Shown piece by piece: positions 20,551-31,680 of a stretch of DNA of 64,000 bases. The position numbers were made by a program, and so were the translations under genes. Position 1 is the stretch's first letter, and every line of letters starts with the position of its first letter. This stretch comes from Gammaproteobacteria bacterium (GTDB lineage: Bacteria; Pseudomonadota; Gammaproteobacteria; JAJDYQ01): contig OZ243932.1 of NCBI GenBank assembly GCA_965214035.1, positions 1,857,260 through 1,921,259 of the forward strand. Direction: 5' to 3'. Below the pieces are notes generated by a model, which was not told the DNA's origin, ran no database searches, and was given only the letters and a program-made list of their open reading frames with translations.

Positions 20551-22401
20551 CTATCCGGACTCCAGAAAGCTGCGCAGTTGTCCCGAGCGACTTGGATGAC
20601 GCAACTTGCGAAGCGCCTTGGCTTCGATCTGGCGGATACGCTCACGCGTAACATCGAACTGCTTGCCGACCTCTTCCAGCGTATGGTCGGTATTCATGCC
20701 AATACCGAAGCGCATACGCAATACCTTGGCTTCACGCGGAGTAAGGCCGGCGAGGATTTTCTGGGTTGCCTCTCCAAGATTTTCCGAAGTAGCCGAATCA
20801 ACCGGCGCGACTGTGTTGGCATCTTCAATGAAGTCACCGAGGTACGAGTCTTCATCGTCACCGACAGGAGTTTCCATGGAAACCGGTTCCTTGGCAATTT
20901 TGAGGACTTTGCGGATTTTATCTTCTGGCATGTCCATATATTTAGCCAGTTCTTCGGGTTTCGCATCGCGCCCCATCTCCTGCAATACTCGGCGTGAGAT
21001 ACGATTAAGCTTGTTAATGGTTTCAATCATGTGAACGGGGATGCGGATGGTACGAGCCTGATCAGCAATTGAGCGGGTTATAGCTTGACGAATCCACCAT
21101 GTCGCATAAGTTGAGAATTTATAACCACGACGATATTCAAACTTATCAACGGCCTTCATCAGACCGATGTTACCCTCCTGGATCAAGTCAAGAAACTGCA
21201 GTCCGCGATTAGTGTATTTTTTGGCGATGGATATAACCAAACGCAGATTAGCCTCGCACATCTCTTTTTTGGCACGGCGGGCCTTGGCCTCGCCAACAGA
21301 TAAACGGCGGCTGATATCCTTGATTTCCCGTACCGGTAGGCCGGCAGCCGTTTGCAATCTCAGTATTTTGTTTTGCAGGTAGATAATATCGTCCCTCAGA
21401 TGGACCATCGCTTCCGAAAAATTCTGGCCACGCCTTATCTGACGATCAACCCACATAAGATCGGTTTCGCTGCCGGGGAAACTGATAATAAATTCCTTGC
21501 GAGGCATGCCGGCATTCTTGACGCAGATGGTCATGACTTCACGCTCATAGCGGCGAATCATACGAACATCCTCACGCAGGTCGTTGATAAGCCGCTCCAT
21601 CAGACGGGGTGACAGCTTGAATTGAATGAACTGGTCACCGACCATGCTGCGCCATTTTATTGTGGCTTTATGGTCACAGCCTCGTCTCCTGATTGAGTCC
21701 ATGGCTTTGGCATGTGCTTTTGTCAGTTTGGTAAAGCGGGACTTGATCTCTTTAGGATCCGGTCCCGTAGGGCCGTTATTCCCTTTGGATTTACTACCGG
21801 CAGTGTTACCGGTTCTTTGAGCCGGTCTGGCAATTTCATCCGGCTCTTCACGATCAATAAAGCCGGCCAGAATATTGGTCAATTTGGCTTCTTCTCGGGT
21901 ATACAGCTCATACTGATCGAGAACGGTTCGGATGGTACGCGGATATTGGGCCAGAGTCTGCTGAACCTGTACGAGCCCTTCTTCAATTCGCTTGGCAATA
22001 GCGATCTCACCTTCACGAGTGAGGAGATCGGCTGTTCCCATTTCACGCATGTACATGCGCACAGGGTCTGTAGTGCGACCAAACTCACTGTCCAGTGTGG
22101 TTAATGTGGCTGCGGCCTCTTCAGCAGCATCGTCGTCGGTAATGTTCTCTTTGGTCAGCTCGATTACTTCGGCATCCGGGGTGTTCTCATATACGGTAAT
22201 GCCCATATCATTGATAACGCTGATAATGTCTTCGATCTGATCCGGATCGACGATACCGTCGGGGAGATGATCATTAACCTCCGCATAAGTCAGAAATCCC
22301 TTTTCCTTGCCCTTTGCAATCAGGTTTTTAATATCAGATTGCGGAGACTGTGGTTGCTGATGTTCTTCAATCACTGTGTATTCCCTTGTTGCGGTCTTCA
22401 T
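20551..22401 (-). CDS. rpoD: RNA polymerase sigma factor RpoD (sigma70)
   Basis: 616 aa; regions 1.1-4.2 conserved. Confidence 0.95.
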   Translation of the reverse strand: MKTATREYTVIEEHQQPQSPQSDIKNLIAKGKEKGFLTYAEVNDHLPDGIVDPDQIEDIISVINDMGITVYENTPDAEVIELTKENITDDDAAEEAAATLTTLDSEFGRTTDPVRMYMREMGTADLLTREGEIAIAKRIEEGLVQVQQTLAQYPRTIRTVLDQYELYTREEAKLTNILAGFIDREEPDEIARPAQRTGNTAGSKSKGNNGPTGPDPKEIKSRFTKLTKAHAKAMDSIRRRGCDHKATIKWRSMVGDQFIQFKLSPRLMERLINDLREDVRMIRRYEREVMTICVKNAGMPRKEFIISFPGSETDLMWVDRQIRRGQNFSEAMVHLRDDIIYLQNKILRLQTAAGLPVREIKDISRRLSVGEAKARRAKKEMCEANLRLVISIAKKYTNRGLQFLDLIQEGNIGLMKAVDKFEYRRGYKFSTYATWWIRQAITRSIADQARTIRIPVHMIETINKLNRISRRVLQEMGRDAKPEELAKYMDMPEDKIRKVLKIAKEPVSMETPVGDDEDSYLGDFIEDANTVAPVDSATSENLGEATQKILAGLTPREAKVLRMRFGIGMNTDHTLEEVGKQFDVTRERIRQIEAKALRKLRHPSRSGQLRSFLESG

Positions 22402-22550
22402 CTACGAAGACAGTCAAAGAAAAGCCTGCAAGCGAATTAACTCGGGCTAAAATAGTAGCGAGTCTCTTGCTCGGCAAACGAAACCAATAATTATAGCAGA
22501 TCTTTTTGAGACTTTCCAGTTATATGCACATTTTTACTAAAAATTTTCTA

Positions 22551-24278
22551 CTATCCCTTGGCATCTTTTCTGATAATACTCTTCTCTTGTGCGGTAAGAG
22601 GGCACCCTTGTATCATTTTTTTAATAATCTGGTCCCGATGCAGGGGAGCATATTTGCCGAGTTTACAGAAATTATCCTTGAATTCCGTCTCCAGCCGATG
22701 CTCCTCAAGCTTAACCGGGCGTTGGGCCAATTTAGCGAGATGTTGGCCATATTCGCTATTACGCCAGTGCTCGAGGATAACGCCCGGATGGATATCGGAT
22801 TTATCTTTCAGAAAATCGAGCAATTCGGCCAATAAGGCTGCCCCCGGCACATTGTATCCGGCAAGACCGTCTATGTTATGTGCCAACTGCGCCAAAGAAG
22901 GTTGCTGTAGCAGTAATGTGATGAGAAGGCGCACCGAGGGGTCTTCTTTGCGGATAATGGGGCTGCCGGGGTTTCCGGCCGTGGGCTGCTGAACCAGCGT
23001 GGTAATTTCAACCAGTCGTTCGACTGACAGCTCAGTACGCTTCGACAGCTCGTCGAGCATGAGATCATAAAATACCCCACCTGGTAGCTTTTGCAGCAGA
23101 GGTTGAGCCTGCTTCACCAGTTGCGCACGGCCATCAGGCGTGGATGAATTGATGCTGGCATCCAGATGGGCGAAGAAATACTCCGAAAGTGTCTGGGCCT
23201 CGCCGGTCAGTCGTTCAAATACATCCCTTCCGTGCTGCCGGATCATGCTATCCGGGTCCTCACCATCCGGCAGAAACAGAAATCGTACCATGCGACCATC
23301 ACGCATAACCGGCAGGGTGTTTTCCAGTGCGCGCCAGGCAGCGTCACGACCGGCGCGGTCACCGTCAAAGCAAAAGATGATTGCCGGTGCTATCTTGAAC
23401 AGTTTTTTCAAATGTTCGGCAGTAATGGCCGTGCCCATGGTGGCGACAACATTTCGCATACCATTTTGTGCCATGGCGATAACATCTATATAACCTTCAA
23501 CAATATAAAAACTTTCCAGCTTTCTGACCGCTTTACGTGCTTCATAGAGACCATAGAGTTCTCTGCTTTTATGGAAAAGAGGGGTCTCCGGTGAATTGAG
23601 GTATTTGGCAGGACTGCTGTCGGGCTTTGTGATACGGCCCCCGAAGCCAATGGTTCGGCCCCGTTGGTCCCGAATGGGAAACATCAGTCGCTCACGGAAG
23701 CGGTCATGCGTATCTCCGTTATCCCATCGGGTCAGCATGCCACTCTTTAGCAGTTCAGCGTGTTTGTCTTTCCCCAAAACAGGCGTGAGATTGTTCCAGC
23801 CAGATGGCGCATAACCGAGACCGTATTCAGCGGCAGTCTCGCCATTGAGGCCACGACTTTTCAGATAATCAATGGCGGCCTGGCTATATTTAAGTTGCTG
23901 ACAGTAATAAGCCGTGACCTGCTCCAATAGCTCATACAGGTCTGCATTGGACTGCCTTGTAGGGGTTCCTTGCTCACGAGGCACCTCCATACCCTGCTGG
24001 GAAGCCAGTGATTCTACGGCCTCAACGAAGTCCATGCGACCGTATTCCATCAGAAAGGTTAAGGCAGTACCGTGAGCACCGCACCCAAAGCAATAGTAAA
24101 ACTGTTTTACAGGGCTTACGGTAAAGGAAGGTGTCTTCTCATTATGGAAGGGGCAGCATGCGCTGTAATCGCGGCCTGTTTTTTTCAGGGGGACATGGGC
24201 ATCAATGACTTCGATGATATCAACGCGATTGATAAGATCATCAATAAAAAGCTGTGGAATCAGACCGGCCATTAGCAC
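22551..24278 (-). CDS. dnaG: DNA primase
   Basis: 575 aa; zinc ribbon CPFHNEKTPSF, TOPRIM EGYIDV...DGD. Confidence 0.95.
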   Translation of the reverse strand: MLMAGLIPQLFIDDLINRVDIIEVIDAHVPLKKTGRDYSACCPFHNEKTPSFTVSPVKQFYYCFGCGAHGTALTFLMEYGRMDFVEAVESLASQQGMEVPREQGTPTRQSNADLYELLEQVTAYYCQQLKYSQAAIDYLKSRGLNGETAAEYGLGYAPSGWNNLTPVLGKDKHAELLKSGMLTRWDNGDTHDRFRERLMFPIRDQRGRTIGFGGRITKPDSSPAKYLNSPETPLFHKSRELYGLYEARKAVRKLESFYIVEGYIDVIAMAQNGMRNVVATMGTAITAEHLKKLFKIAPAIIFCFDGDRAGRDAAWRALENTLPVMRDGRMVRFLFLPDGEDPDSMIRQHGRDVFERLTGEAQTLSEYFFAHLDASINSSTPDGRAQLVKQAQPLLQKLPGGVFYDLMLDELSKRTELSVERLVEITTLVQQPTAGNPGSPIIRKEDPSVRLLITLLLQQPSLAQLAHNIDGLAGYNVPGAALLAELLDFLKDKSDIHPGVILEHWRNSEYGQHLAKLAQRPVKLEEHRLETEFKDNFCKLGKYAPLHRDQIIKKMIQGCPLTAQEKSIIRKDAKG

Positions 24279-24351
24279 ATTTTAGCAGCCAATCGGGCAG
24301 GCATCACAAGAAGCAGCAAATGCGAACAGGTGCGCAGACGAGCGGGAGGAG

Positions 24352-24795
24352 TTAGCCCAGCTTTACTTTAACCCTGTCACTGACCGTGCTCATATCGGCA
24401 CGACCATGTAGCTGGTTCTTCAGTTTGCCCATGACTTTGCCCATATCTTTTATGGAAGCAGCGCCGATATCAATGATGGCCTGATCAATTATGGCATTGA
24501 TCTCCTCGTCTCCGAGCTGCTCAGGCAGATAGGCCTGAATGATTTCGATCTCAGCCTGCTCTTTTTCAGCCAGCTCAGGGCGGTTACCCCTGATGTATTG
24601 CTCAATTGAGTCCTTGCGCTGCTTGAGCATTCTGGTCAACACCATAATGGCATCAGCATCATTTAGCTTCCGGCGCTCATCAACCTCAACCTGCTTGAGC
24701 GCAGACAGGATCAGGCGCAATACTCCAGTCTTCTCTCTATCTCTGGCACGCATCGCCTCTTTGACATCATTATTAATGCTGTCTTGCAGGTTCAT
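24352..24795 (-). CDS. GatB/YqeY domain protein
   Basis: Start at MNLQDSINNDVKEAMRARD; conserved rpsU-yqeY neighborhood. Confidence 0.8.
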   Translation of the reverse strand: MNLQDSINNDVKEAMRARDREKTGVLRLILSALKQVEVDERRKLNDADAIMVLTRMLKQRKDSIEQYIRGNRPELAEKEQAEIEIIQAYLPEQLGDEEINAIIDQAIIDIGAASIKDMGKVMGKLKNQLHGRADMSTVSDRVKVKLG

Positions 24796-24865
24796 GGTCA
24801 ACTCATATTGGATACAGGAGATATCCCGGGGAAACGCCTGATACCGGGATGGTGATAATACGTGT

Positions 24866-25081
24866 TTAATACAGGCGGCGGCGCACCATACGTTCACGCC
24901 AGATTTTCTTTATATGGCGTTTTACCGCAGCAGCCTTTTTGCGTTTGCGAACCTGGGTTGGCTTTTCATAAAATTCGCGGCGCCGAACCTCGGCCAGAAT
25001 GCCGGCTTTTTCACAGGAACGTTTGAAACGACGCATTGCGATGTCAAAAGGTTCGTTTTCTTTGATTTTTACAGTTGGCAT
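24866..25081 (-). CDS. rpsU: 30S ribosomal protein S21
   Basis: 71 aa [21 protein letters not shown]... Confidence 0.95.
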   Translation of the reverse strand: MPTVKIKENEPFDIAMRRFKRSCEKAGILAEVRRREFYEKPTQVRKRKKAAAVKRHIKKIWRERMVRRRLY

Positions 25082-25192
25082 TGATGCCTCATCTACAGTA
25101 ACCTAAATTTTTAAGGGGCGCACGATTATACAGATGGATAATGGCTAATGCAAAGAAAAAACCGTGCCCGAACAAAGCCTGAGGAAACTTCA

Positions 25193-26206
25193 ATGAAGGT
25201 GCTCGGGATTGAAACCTCCTGTGACGAGACCGGGGTTGCTGTTTATGATACCGAAGCCGGCCTGCTGGGACACTGTCTATACAGCCAGGCAATCCTGCAT
25301 AAGGAATACGGTGGTGTGGTGCCTGAACTGGCTTCGCGTGATCATATTCGAAAACTGACCCCGTTGATCCGTGAAGTGCTGGACAGATCCGGTCTGCAGC
25401 TGGCTGATCTGGGCGGCATTGCCTTTACCCGCGGGCCAGGGCTGATAGGGGCCTTGCTGACGGGAACTTCGCTTGGGTGTTCTCTGGCATTAGCGCTCGG
25501 CATTCCGGCAATCGGTGTTCACCACATGGAAGGACACCTTCTCGCACCAATGCTGGAGGAGAAACCACCGTCATTTCCATTTGTTGCCTTACTGGTCTCC
25601 GGTGGACATACGCAGCTCATGTCGGTGCAGGCTGTTGGCCGGTATGAAATTCTGGGGCAGTCTGTTGACGATGCAGTGGGCGAGTCTTTTGACAAAACAG
25701 CCAATTTACTTGACCTGGGTTATCCGGGCGGTCCGGCACTGGCGAAGCTGGCCGAGCAAGGTGACCTGAATCGATTTACCTTCCCGCGCCCAATGACTGA
25801 CCGTCCTGGTCTGGATTTCAGCTTCAGCGGACTGAAAACCTTTGCCATGAACACCCTGAAAAACAACGGCGATGAACCAGAGATAAAGGAAAATATTGCT
25901 GCCGCTTTTCAGCAGGCTGTGGTGGAAACGCTTGTGATTAAATGTCGGCGTGCACTCCGGCAAACCGGTTTTCAGACCCTGGTCGTCGCAGGAGGAGTGG
26001 GGGCCAACAAATGCCTGCGAAAGCTCCTTCAGATAGAAATGGAGAAAGTGGACGCACAGGTGTTTTTCCCCTCCATGGAATTCTGCACCGACAACGGTGC
26101 CATGATTGCCTATGCCGGTGCACTTCGGCTGGCTGTCGGGCAACGGGATAAAGCGGAACTTGCAGGCAGACCACGCTGGCCAATGGAGGAACTACCGGCT
26201 TTATAA
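25193..26206 (+). CDS. tsaD: tRNA N6-adenosine threonylcarbamoyltransferase
   Basis: Start [17 protein letters not shown] with GAGGAA RBS; Kae1/Gcp family motifs. Confidence 0.9.
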   Translation: MKVLGIETSCDETGVAVYDTEAGLLGHCLYSQAILHKEYGGVVPELASRDHIRKLTPLIREVLDRSGLQLADLGGIAFTRGPGLIGALLTGTSLGCSLALALGIPAIGVHHMEGHLLAPMLEEKPPSFPFVALLVSGGHTQLMSVQAVGRYEILGQSVDDAVGESFDKTANLLDLGYPGGPALAKLAEQGDLNRFTFPRPMTDRPGLDFSFSGLKTFAMNTLKNNGDEPEIKENIAAAFQQAVVETLVIKCRRALRQTGFQTLVVAGGVGANKCLRKLLQIEMEKVDAQVFFPSMEFCTDNGAMIAYAGALRLAVGQRDKAELAGRPRWPMEELPAL

Positions 26207-26293
26207 ACAATATCGGCGTAATTGCCCGGCCCTACCCAAGCCAGAAGAGGACTTTTCCGCAGGGCGGGATATTAACCCTGTTATCTACATCTT

Positions 26294-26899
26294 TCAGTGC
26301 TTCACTGTCCTGTTTTCGGCTTTATCCGAAGTGGTAATCCTGCCCTCTCTACCACCGATCAGATTCCGTATATTGCTGCGATGACGCCAGCAAAGCACCA
26401 TCGACATGCCGGCAAGGATCAGGGTTAATACTTCATCATGGTAAAAAAACCAGCTATAGACAGGTGCCAGAATCGCCATGGCGATTGAGGAGACAGAAGA
26501 TATTTTAAACACACCAGCAGCAAGCAGCCATGTGACAGCGGCAGCCAGCCCCAGCATCCAACCGATACCAAAAAGGGCACCGAGCATTGTTGCTACGCCT
26601 TTGCCGCCCTTAAATCTGAAAAATACCGGATACAAGTGCCCCAGAAATGCGGACAATGCAGCGAAGCCAGTGGTTAGTGGCGGCATTTCGAAGACCCGAC
26701 ACAGCAACACGGGAAGCAGTCCCTTCAGCATATCGGCGATCAGTGTGATTGCAGCGGCCTTTCTGCCTCCGATACGCAGCACATTGGTGGCACCCGGATT
26801 GTGCGATCCCTGCCGCCCCGGATTGGGCAATCCCATCAATCGGCAGACGATAATGGCGCTGCATATTGAACCTGACAGATAGGCACCAAGGATAAACAT
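26294..26899 (-). CDS. plsY: glycerol-3-phosphate acyltransferase PlsY
   Basis: Motif GSHNPGATNVLR; approx start at MFILGAYLSGS. Confidence 0.85.
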   Translation of the reverse strand: MFILGAYLSGSICSAIIVCRLMGLPNPGRQGSHNPGATNVLRIGGRKAAAITLIADMLKGLLPVLLCRVFEMPPLTTGFAALSAFLGHLYPVFFRFKGGKGVATMLGALFGIGWMLGLAAAVTWLLAAGVFKISSVSSIAMAILAPVYSWFFYHDEVLTLILAGMSMVLCWRHRSNIRNLIGGREGRITTSDKAENRTVKH

Positions 26900-27030
26900 G
26901 CCCTGTATGAATATAAGATCGTTCGCCACTATCGATAATGAACAGAAGATTTCCGGGCGCAGCATTGTACATTACAATATATGAGTACCGGCAGGCAATT
27001 TATGGTGTTACGCGAATAAAGCGTGAAATT

Positions 27031-27384
27031 ATGGACAAGATTTTTATTAACGACCTGAGAATCGACACCCTGATTGGGGTTTATGAATGGGAACGCCGTA
27101 TCCGTCAGACCATAATTCTGGATATTGAAATGAGTGTCGATGTGCATAAGGCCGCTGCCGGTGACAATATTGAAGATACGCTCAATTACAAGTCGGTCTG
27201 TAAGCGTCTGACAGAGTTTGTGCAAACAAGCGAATATCATCTTGTTGAGACCCTGATTGAAGAATGCGCCAGACTGATTATGGAGGAATTTTCCGTACCC
27301 TGGGTACGCATCAGGCTCAATAAAACCGGTGCCCTTCGCGGCGCACGCGATGTCGGTATTATTATCGAACGCGGTCATGCCTGA
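27031..27384 (+). CDS. folB: dihydroneopterin aldolase
   Basis: Start MDKIFINDLRIDTLIGVYEWER; FolB family. Confidence 0.85.
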   Translation: MDKIFINDLRIDTLIGVYEWERRIRQTIILDIEMSVDVHKAAAGDNIEDTLNYKSVCKRLTEFVQTSEYHLVETLIEECARLIMEEFSVPWVRIRLNKTGALRGARDVGIIIERGHA

Positions 27385-27874
27385 AGTTTTTGCCAGTCTG
27401 GGAAGCAACCGTGACCGGGAGCACAACATTATTTCTGCGGTTGCAGCGATTGGTCACTGTTTTGGCCCGCTGACCTGTTCAACGGTCTATCAGAACAAGG
27501 CGGTCGGGTTTGAAGGCGACGACTTTCTAAACATGGTGCTGTCTCTGCAAACCGAAATCAGCCCGATGGAGGTTCAAAAAAATTTTCGTCAGATCGAAGC
27601 TGCTCATGGTCGCACCCGTCAGGAAAAAAAATTTGCCCCCCGAACCCTGGATATCGACCTGATTCTTTATGGGGATCTGGTAATTAACGAAGGGCGACTG
27701 AGGCTGCCTCATGAAAATATTCTTGAATATGCGTTCGTATTGTGGCCCCTGACTGAAATAGCACCGGGATTGTTGCACCCCCACAAACAGCAAAGCTACC
27801 GGCAAATATGGCGTGAATACCAGAGAGGCCATGAGCTGCGCCCGGCAGATTTAACTCTGCCGGATACAAATTAA
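27377..27874 (+). CDS. folK: 2-amino-4-hydroxy-6-hydroxymethyldihydropteridine pyrophosphokinase
   Basis: Start MPEVFASLGSNRD overlapping folB stop; HPPK family. Confidence 0.85.
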   Translation: MPEVFASLGSNRDREHNIISAVAAIGHCFGPLTCSTVYQNKAVGFEGDDFLNMVLSLQTEISPMEVQKNFRQIEAAHGRTRQEKKFAPRTLDIDLILYGDLVINEGRLRLPHENILEYAFVLWPLTEIAPGLLHPHKQQSYRQIWREYQRGHELRPADLTLPDTN

Positions 27875-28033
27875 CTCAATTCACTATGATATTTGCCAGA
27901 AATGCAGTACACTTTAATGTACTGTATGAGAAACAATTGAACAGGACTTTTAGGTTTGAACGACAGCAACTACAGTATCCTGGCGACAGGGTGCAAGGCA
28001 GTCTCCGATCATTGGCAGGGAGGTGATTAACGA

Positions 28034-29047
28034 ATGGCCAGAAAAAAAACAACCGGTGTCTCTGGAGGCGTCTCCCGCGGCCAGATGCCACATTCTTTGG
28101 TTTGGTATATTCGTTTTCGCGAAAAAGGTTCGAATGCTGAAATTGCAAAGAGATACTTTACCAGCGCCGGCAGGATTGGTGACATCAGGCGCAATACAAC
28201 CTTTAAGGACATTACTGAAGACACCACATTTTCCGAAAATGAGCTTGACAGGGCCCGTGACCATATTAAAAGGAACTTCACGAAAAACAGCGCAGGGGCC
28301 ACCTTGCGAGATGCGGCTTACTCTTTGGCAAGGCTTGACGAGATCAGGGCGGGGACGACAAGTTCTCGCAAGGTCCGTAGAGGCACAAAATCCAGCAGCA
28401 AATCCGCGCACAGCTCATCCACAGTAACCGGCAGGCAATCAGCAAACAAGGATAGTGCCGCCGTTATAGCCACAGGTGAACAAAAAACAGACAAGCGACA
28501 AAAGGTATCTGAAAAACTGAAAAGCATGGGAGTCATGCCGGATGCCGATGCTCCGGCACCTGCTGTACCAGCAGAGAAAAATCCGCTTAACATCAGGGCT
28601 GAATTTATTTTTGTTGCTTTGGCTGTCGTGTTTTTGGTCGCGTTTCTGGTATTTTTTGGTGGCGATGACATCTCCCGACAAACAGATGATGCGACCACTG
28701 TCGATGTAGCAGCAACTGCTGATAATATCGGACAGGCAAGCAGCAGGATTTCCGATTCACCGTTGCCTCCGGCTGCCATGCCGTCCACCACAGGAGAGGA
28801 GACCACCCGCTCCATGATGTCGTCCGATAAGAAACATTCGTCTGTTGCCGGCATGACTGAGGGAACAGGAGTTATTTCTACATCGCGGCGGGGTTCCATG
28901 TCTCCCGTGGCTGGCGAAGGTGGGCAGTTCCCCACGGACTCCGGCAATACCGCCAGTGATTCCGGTCAGCGTTCAGAACCTCGGACACCTCCATCGTCGG
29001 AAAAACTGCTTCCGGCGCCGGTCTGGCGCTGGGGCCAGATACCGTAA
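28034..29047 (+). CDS. hypothetical protein, one TM segment, Ser/Thr/Ala-rich low-complexity regions
   Basis: 337 aa ORF; no recognisable catalytic motifs; TM helix FIFVALAVVFLVAFLVFF. Confidence 0.4.
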   Translation: MARKKTTGVSGGVSRGQMPHSLVWYIRFREKGSNAEIAKRYFTSAGRIGDIRRNTTFKDITEDTTFSENELDRARDHIKRNFTKNSAGATLRDAAYSLARLDEIRAGTTSSRKVRRGTKSSSKSAHSSSTVTGRQSANKDSAAVIATGEQKTDKRQKVSEKLKSMGVMPDADAPAPAVPAEKNPLNIRAEFIFVALAVVFLVAFLVFFGGDDISRQTDDATTVDVAATADNIGQASSRISDSPLPPAAMPSTTGEETTRSMMSSDKKHSSVAGMTEGTGVISTSRRGSMSPVAGEGGQFPTDSGNTASDSGQRSEPRTPPSSEKLLPAPVWRWGQIP

Positions 29048-29075
29048 AAAGCGGTATTGTTGTTTTCCAGAACAC

Positions 29076-29831
29076 CTATATATTCAGCAGCCTTCCTCCA
29101 TCAACCGGCAGTATATGCCCGGTGACATAGGCAGCATCGCGAAACAAAAACAGGACAGCAGCGGCGATATCTTCTGGTTGCCCGGATCGTTTGAGCGGGA
29201 TGCGGCCAAGTATATCGGCCTGCATCTCCTCGCTCTGCCCGCTTTCCGGCCAGAGTATTGCGCCAGGGGCCACTCCATTGACTCTGATATCCGGGGCAAG
29301 CTCACGTGCCAGACTTTTGGTTAAAGCCAGCAAGCCGGATTTGGCAATGCTGTAAACGATGTGATTTTTCATTGGTCGCTCAGCATGGATATCAATGATA
29401 TTAATGATACTACCCTGATGAACGGATAGCGGCCCTGCTGCTGCCTGAGACAAAAACAGAGGTGCCTTCAGATTACTGGTCAGCAGAATATCCCAGTCTT
29501 TTTCCGTTATACTGCCAATCGGTGTCGGATAAAATGCAGATGCGTTATTGACCAGCAAATCCAGCCGGCCAAAGTGTTTGACACATGAATCGACCAAGCC
29601 GGCAAGCGCACTGGTTTCCAGCAAATCGGCCTGCATGAGCTGCACTGAATTTGCCCGGATGCCGTTAAGTTCATCGGCAAGCGATTCGGCACTCACCGCG
29701 GAAGATCGATAATGCAGGCAGAGCCTCATGCCAACCTGATGGAGAGTACGCACAATGCCGGCACCGATTCGCCTTGAGGCACCCGTAACGAGAGCGACTT
29801 TGCCTTCCATGTCCTGCGGGGTTGAGTTCAT
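29076..29831 (-). CDS. short-chain dehydrogenase/reductase, FolM/pteridine-reductase-like
   Basis: 251 aa; TGASRRIG Rossmann motif and YSIAK catalytic motif; adjacent to folBK. Confidence 0.7.
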   Translation of the reverse strand: MNSTPQDMEGKVALVTGASRRIGAGIVRTLHQVGMRLCLHYRSSAVSAESLADELNGIRANSVQLMQADLLETSALAGLVDSCVKHFGRLDLLVNNASAFYPTPIGSITEKDWDILLTSNLKAPLFLSQAAAGPLSVHQGSIINIIDIHAERPMKNHIVYSIAKSGLLALTKSLARELAPDIRVNGVAPGAILWPESGQSEEMQADILGRIPLKRSGQPEDIAAAVLFLFRDAAYVTGHILPVDGGRLLNI

Positions 29832-29875
29832 CTGCGTAAAATGGCCGAGTAAAAATGCGACTATACTGATATTCC

Positions 29876-31075
29876 ATGGCTTTTTTTAGCACTTATTTGA
29901 ATCGGCTTCCCGAACCGGATACCGAAGCCAGTCGGCATGGCGACCGGGTGTTTGCTTCGCTTGAGCAAAAGATTGACAGTGCCGGCGGTTTCATCAGCTT
30001 TGCCGAGTATATGCAGCATGTGCTTCATGCGCCGGGCCTGGGCTATTACAGCACCGGCAGAGAAAAACTGGGTTCGGCGGGTGATTTTATTACAGCACCG
30101 ACGATTAGCCCGCTGTTTGGCCAGACGCTGGGGCAGCACTTCCTTTCCGCATTACCGGACAAAGGTTCTATCCTGGAGTTGGGCGCAGGTCTGGGAACAA
30201 TGGCGGCCGATATCCTGCTACACCTTCAAAAACACCGGGCATTACCTGATGCCTATTTTATCCTTGAGCCATCTGCCGACCTGCAGGTTCGTCAAAAGCA
30301 ATATCTTGCACAACACCTGCCCCCCGGTATTGTGGACAGGGTTGACTGGCTGGACCACCTTCCCGACGAACACAGCTTTACCGGAATCATAATTGCCAAT
30401 GAGGTCATGGATGCCATGCCGGTGGAGCATTTCCAGATTCAAGGAAGCTCAATCCACCAGTTGGGTATTGGTATGGAGGCATCACGACTCCACTGGAAAT
30501 CCCGCGCTGCCCCCACAGAGCTGGCGGCACGCATTGAAGCTGACCTGCCACTGGCGGTTACAGACTATCCGGATGGCTATAAATCGGAGATCAATCTGCT
30601 GCTGCCTGACTGGATAAAGGCATTGTCCTCCAGCCTTGCCAGAGGTGGGCTATTGCTGATTGATTATGGCTACGAACGTGAAATGTACTACCGACCCGAC
30701 CGGACACGAGGCAGCCTGAGGGCCTATTACCGGCACCATGATGTGGATGATGTATTGCTGTACCCAGGATTGGCGGATGTGACTGCCTGGGTTAATTTCA
30801 CAGCCGTAGCCGAATCGGCATTTGCAGCCGGACTGCGGGTATCAGGCTATACCACCCAGGCAAATTTTCTGCTTGAGAACGGCCTGCTGGACTTGATGCA
30901 ACCGGAGGTCGCCAACGATGACGGGCAAATTGACCCCGGCTATCTGGCTTCGGCTGAGGCCGTTAAAATACTGCTTGAACCAGCAGAAATGGGAGAAACG
31001 ATAAAGGTTATATGCCTGACCAGAAACAGCGAACCGGGCCCGGGATTCGAACATGACATGCGTCATAATCTTTAA
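29876..31075 (+). CDS. class I SAM-dependent methyltransferase, MidA/COG1565 (DUF185) family
   Basis: 399 aa; FITAPTISPLFG and LELGAGLGTMAADIL motifs. Confidence 0.7.
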   Translation: MAFFSTYLNRLPEPDTEASRHGDRVFASLEQKIDSAGGFISFAEYMQHVLHAPGLGYYSTGREKLGSAGDFITAPTISPLFGQTLGQHFLSALPDKGSILELGAGLGTMAADILLHLQKHRALPDAYFILEPSADLQVRQKQYLAQHLPPGIVDRVDWLDHLPDEHSFTGIIIANEVMDAMPVEHFQIQGSSIHQLGIGMEASRLHWKSRAAPTELAARIEADLPLAVTDYPDGYKSEINLLLPDWIKALSSSLARGGLLLIDYGYEREMYYRPDRTRGSLRAYYRHHDVDDVLLYPGLADVTAWVNFTAVAESAFAAGLRVSGYTTQANFLLENGLLDLMQPEVANDDGQIDPGYLASAEAVKILLEPAEMGETIKVICLTRNSEPGPGFEHDMRHNL

Positions 31076-31162
31076 GTATCGTGGTTATACTCCCATCTCG
31101 TTATTCCTTAATATCACAACAAGAATACTCATCATCCCTGCTAAAAAATAAAATTTCGATCC

Positions 31163-31549
31163 TCACTTTAAAACAATGTAATCAAACTGCATATCGATAT
31201 CGGGAAAATATCTTTGTAGCTTATTAATAACAAAATCGTGATCCTCGGGGTCTAGTAGAGAAGGGCAAAACGACACATCTTTATATTTACTACTCCAAAT
31301 GGACTGCGCCTTCTGTAAATTTTGGTCTAATGCCCTGGTGATTTCCAAACCGATTTGGCGCCGGTCATCAATTAAAATGTAATCTGGAGATTCTGATTTT
31401 TTTATTTCAATATTGTTTGTCTCAATATTCAAGTGCTGAGAGCAATTCTTAATAAACAGCTCTCTCAAATGTTCTTCAATTTTGTCTATTGCATAATAGT
31501 CCGCGCAATAAAAGCCTTTAATTCTATAGCCTGTAAGCTGATATGGCAT
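31163..31549 (-). CDS. hypothetical protein (terminal integron cassette ORF)
   Basis: 128 aa ORF between candidate attC sites; AT-rich. Confidence 0.4.
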   Translation of the reverse strand: MPYQLTGYRIKGFYCADYYAIDKIEEHLRELFIKNCSQHLNIETNNIEIKKSESPDYILIDDRRQIGLEITRALDQNLQKAQSIWSSKYKDVSFCPSLLDPEDHDFVINKLQRYFPDIDMQFDYIVLK

Positions 31550-31574
31550 TCACCACAACCATATTTCTTATTTT

Positions 31575-31680
31575 TATGCCTGCCTTTAGTCTCTTTTACG
31601 CTAACGAACTGCATAAGTAGCGTGGGCCTTGCCACATCCATGTCGAACGCACTGTCAGCGGAACCTTTGCGCAATACGCT
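31575..31680. other. candidate attC site (R-box-like GCGCAAC ... GTTAGCG with short terminal pairing)
   Basis: Box pattern only; internal pairing weak. Confidence 0.3.

Noticed and set aside
19983-20654. 223-aa minus-strand ORF in the track
   Set aside because: Its upstream half runs across the tRNA-Ile(CAU) gene (20424-20500) and the rpoD 3' end. Only the downstream 120 codons from MTNPRLPRV (20345) with a signal peptide are plausible.
20578-22240. Multiple + strand ORFs (139, 142, 130, 82 aa) across rpoD
   Set aside because: Antisense to rpoD; typical shadow ORFs.
28318-28947. 209-aa minus-strand ORF
   Set aside because: Antisense to the 28034..29047 ORF in a compositionally biased region; no support for either beyond length. 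The + strand ORF was preferred because it is co-oriented with folBK and includes a TM helix.
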